Below the pieces are notes generated by a model, which was given only the letters and a program-made list of their open reading frames with translations, was not told the DNA's origin and made no database searches. From assembly GCA_041737355.1 (NCBI GenBank), contig JBGSRW010000008.1:24466-88465 (forward strand): a stretch of 64,000 nucleotides of DNA, read 5' to 3'. This stretch comes from Patescibacteria group bacterium. Its GTDB lineage: Bacteria > Patescibacteriota > Patescibacteriia > XYB2-FULL-38-15. Positions 1 to 6,489 of this stretch are shown piece by piece (within the stretch, counting starts at the first letter, position 1; the number at the start of each line of letters is the position of its first letter). The translations under genes were made by a program, and so were the position numbers.

Positions 1-234
1 AAAAAGTTTGCCGGCCTAGCATTAAAAATTTTTGTTTACCGTATTCAAAAATATATCGGAGCCTACTCGGCAGTCCTCGGCAAAACTGACGGGGTAGTTT
101 TTACCGGCGGAATAGGGGAGCGGAACCAAACGGTGAGAAATTTAATCGTTAAAAATTTAAAAATTCCTAGTAAGCCAAAAATCTTGGCAATTCCGACCAA
201 CGAGGAATTGATGATCGCGAGAAAAATAAAATAA
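1..234 (+). CDS. ackA: acetate kinase, C-terminal fragment (5' end lies outside the window)
   Basis: Frame 1 is open from nt 1 to TAA at 232-234. The translation ...VFTGGIGERNQTVRN...ILAIPTNEELMIARKIK resembles the conserved acetate/propionate kinase C-terminus. Confidence 0.7.
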   Translation, partial: KKFAGLALKIFVYRIQKYIGAYSAVLGKTDGVVFTGGIGERNQTVRNLIVKNLKIPSKPKILAIPTNEELMIARKIK

Positions 235-237
235 AAA

Positions 238-1866
238 ATGATTAAAAATTTGCTGAACGGAGAATCTAAAACAATTACCGGGGCTGCTCTTCTTTTGGGA
301 GCAGCTTCTTTGGCGTCCCGTTTTTTGGGAGTTATCCGCGACAGGGTTCTGGCCGGACAATTCGGGGCGGGCGATACTCTCGATGTTTATTACGCCGCCT
401 TCCGTATCCCTGATTTTATTTTCAATCTCCTGATTTTGGGCGCTCTCTCGGCCGGCTTCATTCCAATTTTTACCGCGGCGCTTTCTTCAGCGAAAGAGAG
501 GGGGGATAATTTTGGCAAGGCGTGGGATATCGTGAGCGGACTGATAAACATAATGGGCATTCTTTTAATTTTTCTTTGCGGTTTGTTTATCGTTTTAAGC
601 CCTTTTATTGTTCCGGTTATCACTCCTGGTTTTGGCGCGGAAAAAATGGCACTGACCGTGACAATGACCCAGATCATGATGCTTAGTCCGCTTTTTTTGG
701 GTTTGAGCAATATTTTCGGCGGAGTTCTCCAATCCTTCAAAAGATTTTTTATTTATTCCCTGGCTCCTATTTTTTATAATCTCGGTATTATTCTCGGAGC
801 TTTATTTTTTACCAAATGGTGGGGAATTTGCGGTTTGGCGGTCGGGGTAATTCTTGGGGCGATCGCCCATATGCTGATCCAGCTACCGGCTGTTGTTTCC
901 CTGGGTTACCGTTACCGGTGGATTTTCAATCTTGCCGACCAGAATGTCCGGCAAATCGGCCGGCTTATGATTCCCCGGACTCTCGGTCTGGCCGTTTCTC
1001 AAGTCAATCTGGTGGTGATGACAGTTATTGCCTCGACTCTTGTTCCGGGAAGTCTCGCCGTTTTTAATCTTGCCAACAATCTCCAATATTTTCCGATCGG
1101 AATCATCGGTATTTCTTTTGCCGTCGCCGCTTTTCCGGTTTTGGGGGAATGCGCGGCCGGCGGGCGAAAAGAGGAAATGGTTAAAAATTTTTCCCACTCC
1201 GTCCGGCAGATTTTGTTTTTTATCGTTCCAGCCGCTGTTCTGCTTTTGGTCTTGCGTGCCCAAATTGTTCGCGTTATTTTTGGATCGGGTGAATTTGATT
1301 GGGAGGATACGATTTTGACCGCCGATACTTTGGCTTTTTTTGTTACGAGTTTGTTTGCCCAAGCCCTGGTTCCGCTTCTTGCCAGATTTTTTTACGCGTT
1401 GCAAGATACTAAAACGCCCTTTTTTATTGGTTTATTTTCAGCCGTAGTTAATGTTTTTTTAGCAATATATATGGCCGAAAGATGGGGCGTGATCGGCCTG
1501 GCCGCGGCTTTTTCGGCTTCCAGTATTTTAAATTTTTGTCTTCTTTGGATTTTGCTGCGGGTAAAGTTCGGTTCGCTTGATGAGAAAAGGATTCTCGGTT
1601 CGGCATTTAAAATCAGCGTGGCCGCGGTTCTGATGGCGTTCAGTATCCAGGGCATGAAAGCCGCTCTCGCGCCATTCGTTGATATGCAGACTTTTTTGGG
1701 TATTTTTGGTCAAGGTTTGGGAGCCGGCTTGGTTGGCCTTATTGTTTTCGTTATTTCCGGATTTCTCCTCGGTTCAAGGGAAATGTTCGCGGTCCGCGAC
1801 GCGGTGAAGTACAAATTATTCAAAATAAAAAGGCCGATTATTAATGATGAGGAGGGGCAAAGGTAA
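238..1866 (+). CDS. murJ: lipid II flippase MurJ/MviN
   Basis: 542-aa polytopic membrane ORF. The N-terminus ASRFLGVIRDRVLAGQFGAGDTLDVYYAAFRIPDFIFNLL is typical of MurJ. Confidence 0.85.
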   Translation: MIKNLLNGESKTITGAALLLGAASLASRFLGVIRDRVLAGQFGAGDTLDVYYAAFRIPDFIFNLLILGALSAGFIPIFTAALSSAKERGDNFGKAWDIVSGLINIMGILLIFLCGLFIVLSPFIVPVITPGFGAEKMALTVTMTQIMMLSPLFLGLSNIFGGVLQSFKRFFIYSLAPIFYNLGIILGALFFTKWWGICGLAVGVILGAIAHMLIQLPAVVSLGYRYRWIFNLADQNVRQIGRLMIPRTLGLAVSQVNLVVMTVIASTLVPGSLAVFNLANNLQYFPIGIIGISFAVAAFPVLGECAAGGRKEEMVKNFSHSVRQILFFIVPAAVLLLVLRAQIVRVIFGSGEFDWEDTILTADTLAFFVTSLFAQALVPLLARFFYALQDTKTPFFIGLFSAVVNVFLAIYMAERWGVIGLAAAFSASSILNFCLLWILLRVKFGSLDEKRILGSAFKISVAAVLMAFSIQGMKAALAPFVDMQTFLGIFGQGLGAGLVGLIVFVISGFLLGSREMFAVRDAVKYKLFKIKRPIINDEEGQR

Positions 1867-3644
1867 TGCGGGAAAAAATTAGAAATTTTTGTATTATTGC
1901 TCATATTGATCACGGAAAGTCGACTTTAGCCGACCGTCTTTTGGAATTTACCGGAACGGTAGCTAGGCGGGATATGAAAGATCAAATGCTTGACATGATG
2001 GATCTTGAACGCGAAAGGGGAATTACCATCAAGCTTCAGCCGGTGCGCATGGATTACAAAGAACATATTTTAAATTTAATTGATACGCCAGGACACGTCG
2101 ATTTCAACTATGAAGTCTCTAGGTCACTTGCCGCCGTGGAAGGCGCGCTTCTTTTGGTTGATGCGACGCAAGGTGTCCAGGCCCAGACGCTCGGTAATTT
2201 ATATTTGGCACTGGAACAGAATCTAACAATCATTCCGGTAGTCAATAAAATTGATCTTAAAAATGCCGAAGTGGAAAAAACCGTCCAGGAAATTACCGCC
2301 CTGATCGGCTGCAAAAAGGAGGAGGTAATTTTGGCTTCGGGGAAAAGCGGGGCCGGAGTTCCGGAAATTTTGGAAGCAGTTGTTAATAAAGTTCCTTCGC
2401 CAAAAGGAGAAATAAGTAAACCGCTGAGGGCGTTGATTTTCGATTCAAAGTACGACGACTACAAGGGAGTCGTCGCTTATGTCAGAGTTGTGGACGGCGA
2501 AGTAAAAAGGGGGGATAAAATATATTTGGCGGCCACCAAAATCGAAAGCGAAGTTTTAGAGGTTGGATATTTTAAACCAAAGTTTGTTCCGGCCGGAAAA
2601 TTATCAGCCGGGGAAATCGGTTATATTGTGACCGGGCTCAAGGAAATAGAAAGATGCCGGGTCGGCGATACTATAACGGTTCACGATCCGGATCTGACAG
2701 TCCAAAGTTTACCGGGGTATAAAGAAGTTAAACCGATGGTTTTTGCCGGAATTTTTTGCAAGGAAGGGGACGATTTTCCGAAACTGCGCGAAGCAATTTT
2801 AAAATTAAAATTGAACGATGCGGCTCTGACTTTTGAAACCGAGCAGTCCAAGGCGCTCGGCTTCGGTTTTCGCTGCGGTCTTTTGGGTTTGTTGCATCTT
2901 GAAATTGTGGAAGAGCGTCTGCGGCGAGAACATAATCTTGACGTGATTGTTACCGTGCCGTCGGTAGCGTACCGTATTACCAACAATAAGGGAGAAGTGT
3001 TGATTATTAAAAGTCCGTCGGAATTGCCCGACATGAGCCATATCAAATTGATCGAAGAGCCGTGGATTAAAATTGATGTGGTTTCTCCGAGCACCTACAT
3101 CGGCGGTATCATGCAAATGGTGCAGGAAAAGAGGGGAGTATATATCGACACGGAATATTTGGATGCCGACCGGGTTATCTTGCATTATGAAATTCCTCTC
3201 TCGGCAATTCTTGTGGATTTTTACGATAAATTAAAAAGTGTGAGCTCCGGCTATGCTTCATTGAATTACGAATTTTTCGGATATAGGGAGGCCGATGTTT
3301 TGAAAATGGATATTTTGGTGGCGACCGAACCGGTTGAGGCGCTCGCGACAATCGTCTACCGCGACACGGCCCAGGATGTCGGGCGGAGAATTGTCCAGTC
3401 TTTAAAAAAAGTTTTGCCGCGCCAGATGTTTGAAGTTAAAATCCAGGCGGCGCTTGGCGGGAAAATTGTCGCCTCGGAACACTTGCCGGCGATGAAAAAG
3501 GATGTGACAGCCAAGCTTTATGGGGGAGATGTAACAAGAAAGAATAAATTGCTTGAAAAACAGAAAAAGGGCAAGAAAAAGATGAAAGCGTTGGGCAAAG
3601 TTGACATTCCACCTGAGGCATTTTTAGCGGTTCTGAAGAAATAG
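1866..3644 (+). CDS. lepA: translation elongation factor 4 (LepA)
   Basis: 592 aa with a GTPase G1 motif (AHIDHGKST) and DTPGHVDF. The C-terminal LepA-type domain is present. The ATG overlaps the murJ stop (TAATG). Confidence 0.95.
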   Translation: MREKIRNFCIIAHIDHGKSTLADRLLEFTGTVARRDMKDQMLDMMDLERERGITIKLQPVRMDYKEHILNLIDTPGHVDFNYEVSRSLAAVEGALLLVDATQGVQAQTLGNLYLALEQNLTIIPVVNKIDLKNAEVEKTVQEITALIGCKKEEVILASGKSGAGVPEILEAVVNKVPSPKGEISKPLRALIFDSKYDDYKGVVAYVRVVDGEVKRGDKIYLAATKIESEVLEVGYFKPKFVPAGKLSAGEIGYIVTGLKEIERCRVGDTITVHDPDLTVQSLPGYKEVKPMVFAGIFCKEGDDFPKLREAILKLKLNDAALTFETEQSKALGFGFRCGLLGLLHLEIVEERLRREHNLDVIVTVPSVAYRITNNKGEVLIIKSPSELPDMSHIKLIEEPWIKIDVVSPSTYIGGIMQMVQEKRGVYIDTEYLDADRVILHYEIPLSAILVDFYDKLKSVSSGYASLNYEFFGYREADVLKMDILVATEPVEALATIVYRDTAQDVGRRIVQSLKKVLPRQMFEVKIQAALGGKIVASEHLPAMKKDVTAKLYGGDVTRKNKLLEKQKKGKKKMKALGKVDIPPEAFLAVLKK

Positions 3645-3663
3645 ACTTAAAAGTTTAAAAGAG

Positions 3664-3695
3664 AAAAATCACCTGAGAATGGTGATTTTTTGTTT
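3664..3695 (+). terminator. intrinsic terminator after lepA
   Basis: Stem AAAAATCACC (3664-3673) pairs with GGTGATTTTT (3681-3690) and is followed by a T-rich tail. Confidence 0.7.
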
Positions 3696-3766
3696 ATTTA
3701 TGACAATTTATTTTGGCTAAAATAAGCCAAAAGATAGGATTATTTTAGAAATAGTGTCAAAAGCCC

Positions 3767-3795
3767 TTGACAAAATCTAAGATACGTGTTATACT
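3767..3795 (+). promoter_or_regulatory. consensus sigma70-type promoter of the GC-rich island
   Basis: TTGACA (3767-3772), a 17-nt spacer, then TATACT (3790-3795). The -35 context is CTTGACAAAATCT. Confidence 0.7.
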
Positions 3796-3859
3796 TACTT
3801 GTTAAGCTGAAATAGGCTTAAAATAAAAAAAGTGCTTGTCGTGTCAAGTTCTTTACAAA

Positions 3860-4044
3860 GTGCCAGAGAAATTTGGAGGAGGAAGTCTTCGCGGACCATT
3901 TATTGGTAACCGCGTGACTCGGTGTTCGGTTGAGTTAAAGCTCGGTTTTCCCGTTTGGGACTACTAAGATTCAACTCGCCAAAACGCCATTGCTGTTCCA
4001 ATGCTAATTGGAGCGGCGCGCTCACCTCCAAATTCCTCTGGCAC
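3860..4044 (+). promoter_or_regulatory. structured 5' leader domain closed by a 20-bp stem
   Basis: GTGCCAGAGAAATTTGGAGG (3860-3879) pairs with CCTCCAAATTCCTCTGGCAC (4025-4044) at 19 of 20 positions. The stem encloses about 145 nt with several local hairpins (for example CGCGGACCA..TGGTAACCGCG and CCAAT-GCTA-ATTGG). It lies between the promoter and the SD of the 4131 ORF. Confidence 0.55.
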
Positions 4045-4130
4045 ATCTCCGTGAAAAATCGGAGGGCCAAAGGTCAGACTGTGGATGTTCCCGGTCTGAT
4101 TTTAGTAAACGCAAATAAGGAGGTTTTCTG

Positions 4131-5384
4131 ATGGAGAACGGCAGCAAGGAGATTGTGGTTGGCAAGGAGCCGACGGCTACGGCCGAGGCGTTCCTCGAGC
4201 CGCCGAGCGAGGACGACGAGTGGTTGCTCCTGGATTTCAATCCGGCGGCGACCGAGTCCGCGCCGGCCGTGCCCGAGACGCCGAAGCCCAAGCCGCCGCG
4301 CGTCTGCGCGATCTGCCAGCACCCCTCCGGGAATTCGGTGGGCAAGATCAAGCGCGGGCGGATCGCCGAGGTCGAGCACGAAGGGATGAAGCTGCTCACG
4401 CTCGAACCAATCTGCGAACCGTGCGGCGAGAAGTTGCCGCCCGAGGAGCGGAAGAGGCTCTTCAAGGCGGGGTACCTCATCTCCCTGATCGGCGAGAAGA
4501 ACCGCGAGATGCGCGAGTTCGAGGCGGCCAAGGCCTACTGGGCTGCGGTCTTCGCCGGTACGGCAGAGCGGATGCCCGAGGCTCGCAAGACGCCCGAGGA
4601 GATGCTCTCCTGCGGGGTGCCCGGCTGCCCCCGCTGTCACGATCAGGTCGGCCACAAGGTCGGCCACTTCGTGGCGATGACGATCGGCGGCATGCCGACG
4701 CTTCTCGGGGTCTGCTCCTTCCAGGCCGCGGCCTTGGCACAGTGCGGGGTCGAAAAGAAGGGCATCGTCGTGACGACGAAGTTCTCCGTGGCCGCCCCGA
4801 TCGTCGAGGCGGAGAACGCCAGGCTCCAGGCCTTCGAGAAGGCCAAGAGTTTCTGGCTCGCCGTGGCCGAAGGCGAGGCGGCGGTCGAGGCGCGGGCCGA
4901 GAAGACCGAGCGCGGCGACATCTACCGCTGCGGCGTCCCCGGCTGCAAGTGCCGGGAGCACGGCGACCGGCCGGTCGACTACTTCGTGGTCTTGGACGGC
5001 CAGCCCGAGATGCCCATCGCGGGTGTCTGCCGATACCAGTATGCGGCGCTCCGGACCTCCGGGGTGAAGATCTTCGCCGCGAACAACAACGACGGGATGG
5101 GCCTCGCGCGGTGCGCCAAGCACCGCAACTGGCTCCTCGGCCAGGCCAAGAGGGCCATCCGCGACGTCCGGAGGCCGGACGGAATCGGCGGCGGTCTCTC
5201 CCGTTTCCGCTCGCCCGAAGAACAGGCGCGGATCCGCGAGGAGAAGCGCCGGACGTTCGAGGAGCGCGAGGCCAAGCGCCGCTCCCGGCAACTCGAGCGG
5301 GCCAAGGCCTCCTCCAGCAAGGCCGGCTGCGGCAAGAAGGCCAGCAGCAAGAAGGGCGGCAAGGGCGGCGGCAAGAAGCACTAG
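4131..5384 (+). CDS. orphan protein with three tandem Cys/His-rich modules and a Lys/Gly-rich C-terminal tail (gene A)
   Basis: SD AAGGAGG (4117-4123) sits 7 nt before the ATG. Codon third positions are GC-rich in this frame. The ORF has three repeated modules and the tail ...SSSKAGCGKKASSKKGGKGGGKKH. Confidence 0.7.
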   Translation: MENGSKEIVVGKEPTATAEAFLEPPSEDDEWLLLDFNPAATESAPAVPETPKPKPPRVCAICQHPSGNSVGKIKRGRIAEVEHEGMKLLTLEPICEPCGEKLPPEERKRLFKAGYLISLIGEKNREMREFEAAKAYWAAVFAGTAERMPEARKTPEEMLSCGVPGCPRCHDQVGHKVGHFVAMTIGGMPTLLGVCSFQAAALAQCGVEKKGIVVTTKFSVAAPIVEAENARLQAFEKAKSFWLAVAEGEAAVEARAEKTERGDIYRCGVPGCKCREHGDRPVDYFVVLDGQPEMPIAGVCRYQYAALRTSGVKIFAANNNDGMGLARCAKHRNWLLGQAKRAIRDVRRPDGIGGGLSRFRSPEEQARIREEKRRTFEEREAKRRSRQLERAKASSSKAGCGKKASSKKGGKGGGKKH

Positions 5385-5419
5385 CTGGCCGGCCGCTCTC
5401 CCACCAATTTGTTCTTTTC

Positions 5420-5542
5420 TTGGAGCAAGTAGTCTGTGCAATGCAGACACTGTTCGTCAATCACTCTAAGGTGAACGGCGACAGGATCTTGCTCCAAGTC
5501 CTTTTCCTCCAAATCAGCGTAAGTTGGTCTGGAGAAAAGGGA
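5420..5542 (+). repeat. 123-nt structured repeat, copy 1 (R1), just after the gene A stop
   Basis: Identical base for base to 6114-6236. It contains a perfect 10-bp closing helix, TTGGAGCAAG/CTTGCTCCAA, around two hairpins. A second imperfect hairpin of about 12 bp follows (5499-5542). Confidence 0.9.
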
Positions 5543-5597
5543 ATTAGCTCTTTGGCAATTTCGGCGCATAGCGCCGTAGAAAGAAAGGAGATAGTTG

Positions 5598-5930
5598 ATG
5601 GTTCAGGTTCTGATGCTGGCCCTGTTCAGCGTCGCCAAGCGCGACGAACGCGAGGCGAGCGACGAGGGCAGTGAGACCGACGCGGTCGAGCTGCCCGAGG
5701 ATTCGGTCAACTGGCGGGCGGTTCGTTGGCTGGGCGTCGCGAAGATGCCGCGCCGTCGGGGTGGTCGGGCGGCCAACCGTTGCCTTGCCGACATCCCGCC
5801 GCCACCGGTTCGTTTCTCGCGCGAAGGGTTTGACGGACTTCATTCGTGGAAGCGTCAGACTCCGGCCCGCCGTCAGTGGGCCAAGCATCTTCGGAAATCT
5901 TGGGGGCGCGGAAAGAAGGTGGAGGTATGA
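5598..5930 (+). CDS. orphan Arg-rich protein, 110 aa (gene B)
   Basis: SD AAGGAG (5585-5590) sits 7 nt before ATG 5598. Third positions are GC-rich. The stop overlaps the next start (ATGA at 5927-5930). Confidence 0.55.
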   Translation: MVQVLMLALFSVAKRDEREASDEGSETDAVELPEDSVNWRAVRWLGVAKMPRRRGGRAANRCLADIPPPPVRFSREGFDGLHSWKRQTPARRQWAKHLRKSWGRGKKVEV

Positions 5931-6106
5931 AGAAGGAGTGTCGCAAGAGCGTGCCGGAGGTCAAGACGGGAGAGGGTGTTTACATCCTCCGCGTCATGCC
6001 CCAGCCGTCCGTCTGCGCGCACGAGGCGGTCCGTCCCTCCACCCGGCCGATCATACGCTCCGCCATCAAGATCGTCGGCCAGCACGGCCGCGACTGTCTC
6101 CCATAG
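5927..6106 (+). CDS. orphan protein, 59 aa (gene C)
   Basis: ATG 5927 is preceded by GGTGGAGG and overlaps the gene B stop. Third positions are GC-rich. The ORF ends at TAG 6104-6106, directly before repeat copy 2. Confidence 0.5.
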   Translation: MKKECRKSVPEVKTGEGVYILRVMPQPSVCAHEAVRPSTRPIIRSAIKIVGQHGRDCLP

Positions 6107-6113
6107 TTTGTTC

Positions 6114-6236
6114 TTGGAGCAAGTAGTCTGTGCAATGCAGACACTGTTCGTCAATCACTCTAAGGTGAACGGCGACAGGATCTTGCTCCAAGTCCTTTTC
6201 CTCCAAATCAGCGTAAGTTGGTCTGGAGAAAAGGGA
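6114..6236 (+). repeat. 123-nt structured repeat, copy 2 (R2), just after the gene C stop
   Basis: 100% identical to 5420-5542. Weaker similarity extends upstream (CTCCCA..TTTGTTC). Confidence 0.9.
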
Positions 6237-6286
6237 TTCCAAAATTTTTTAGCCATTTTTACGGCTAGTCAGATCCCACGCAAGGG

Positions 6287-6315
6287 CACCGCCAGTTGGC
6301 GGTGTTTTTGTTTTT
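6287..6315 (+). terminator. intrinsic terminator closing the GC-rich island
   Basis: CACCGCC (6287-6293), loop AGTT, GGCGGTG (6298-6304), then TTTTTGTTTTT. Confidence 0.8.
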
Positions 6316-6321
6316 AAAATG

Positions 6322-6330
6322 TGCTATAAT
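6322..6330 (+). promoter_or_regulatory. extended -10 promoter (TGCTATAAT)
   Basis: An exact TGCTATAAT. The same 9-mer recurs at 8646, 16113, 17286, 26872 and 38529. Confidence 0.55.
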
Positions 6331-6360
6331 AGTCCAATATTTATTTTACGTAATGTTTTT

Positions 6361-6459
6361 ATGAAAAAGAAAAATTTGCAGAAAATAGTATGGATAATTG
6401 TCTCAGCTATTGTAGTTTTTTCCATGGTTGTCTGGACAATCGGGCCAATGCTGTATTAG
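6361..6459 (+). CDS. possible small hydrophobic protein (32 aa)
   Basis: ATG..TAG encodes MKKKNLQKIVWIIVSAIVVFSMVVWTIGPMLY, a single transmembrane-like segment, downstream of the 6322 promoter. There is no SD and it is too short for the ORF track. Confidence 0.3.
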   Translation: MKKKNLQKIVWIIVSAIVVFSMVVWTIGPMLY

Positions 6460-6489
6460 CCGCGGAGTTTGTAATTTGTTATTAAAAGT

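Noticed and set aside
3860-4044. A MITE or other transposon remnant defined by the 20-bp terminal inverted repeat; also a retron msr-msd.
   Set aside because: There is no flanking target-site duplication (ACAAA against ATCTC), no second copy in 64 kb, and no transposase. For the retron reading, there is no RT gene downstream. The MITE option cannot be fully excluded without the whole genome.
4074-5674. Very long alternative ORFs across the GC-rich island: 4074-5450 minus (458 aa), 4220-5674 plus (484 aa, Arg-rich), 4477-5460 minus (327 aa) and others.
   Set aside because: They are stop-poor shadow frames expected in sequence of about 65% GC. They lack SD or start context and give low-complexity Arg/Pro/Gly-rich translations. 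The 4131 frame has the SD, GC-rich third positions and an internally repeated domain structure.
5873-6154. Two minus-strand ORFs (5873-6154 and 4477-5460) sharing the N-terminus MTNSVCIAQTTCSK, which looks like a small gene family.
   Set aside because: The shared peptide is simply the antisense translation of the duplicated 123-nt repeat. Neither ORF has start signals.
5397-6236. The 123-nt repeats as TR/VR of a diversity-generating retroelement.
   Set aside because: The copies are identical, with no adenine-specific mismatches. Both lie outside coding sequence, after stop codons. No reverse transcriptase or Avd-like gene is present in the window.
5397-6236. The repeats as integron attC sites (a CALIN-like cassette array).
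   Set aside because: No RYYYAAC/GTTRRRY core sites sit at the element ends and no intI is present. The associated genes have their own SD and a dedicated promoter rather than being promoterless cassettes. The structure is a multi-helix junction rather than a single imperfect hairpin.
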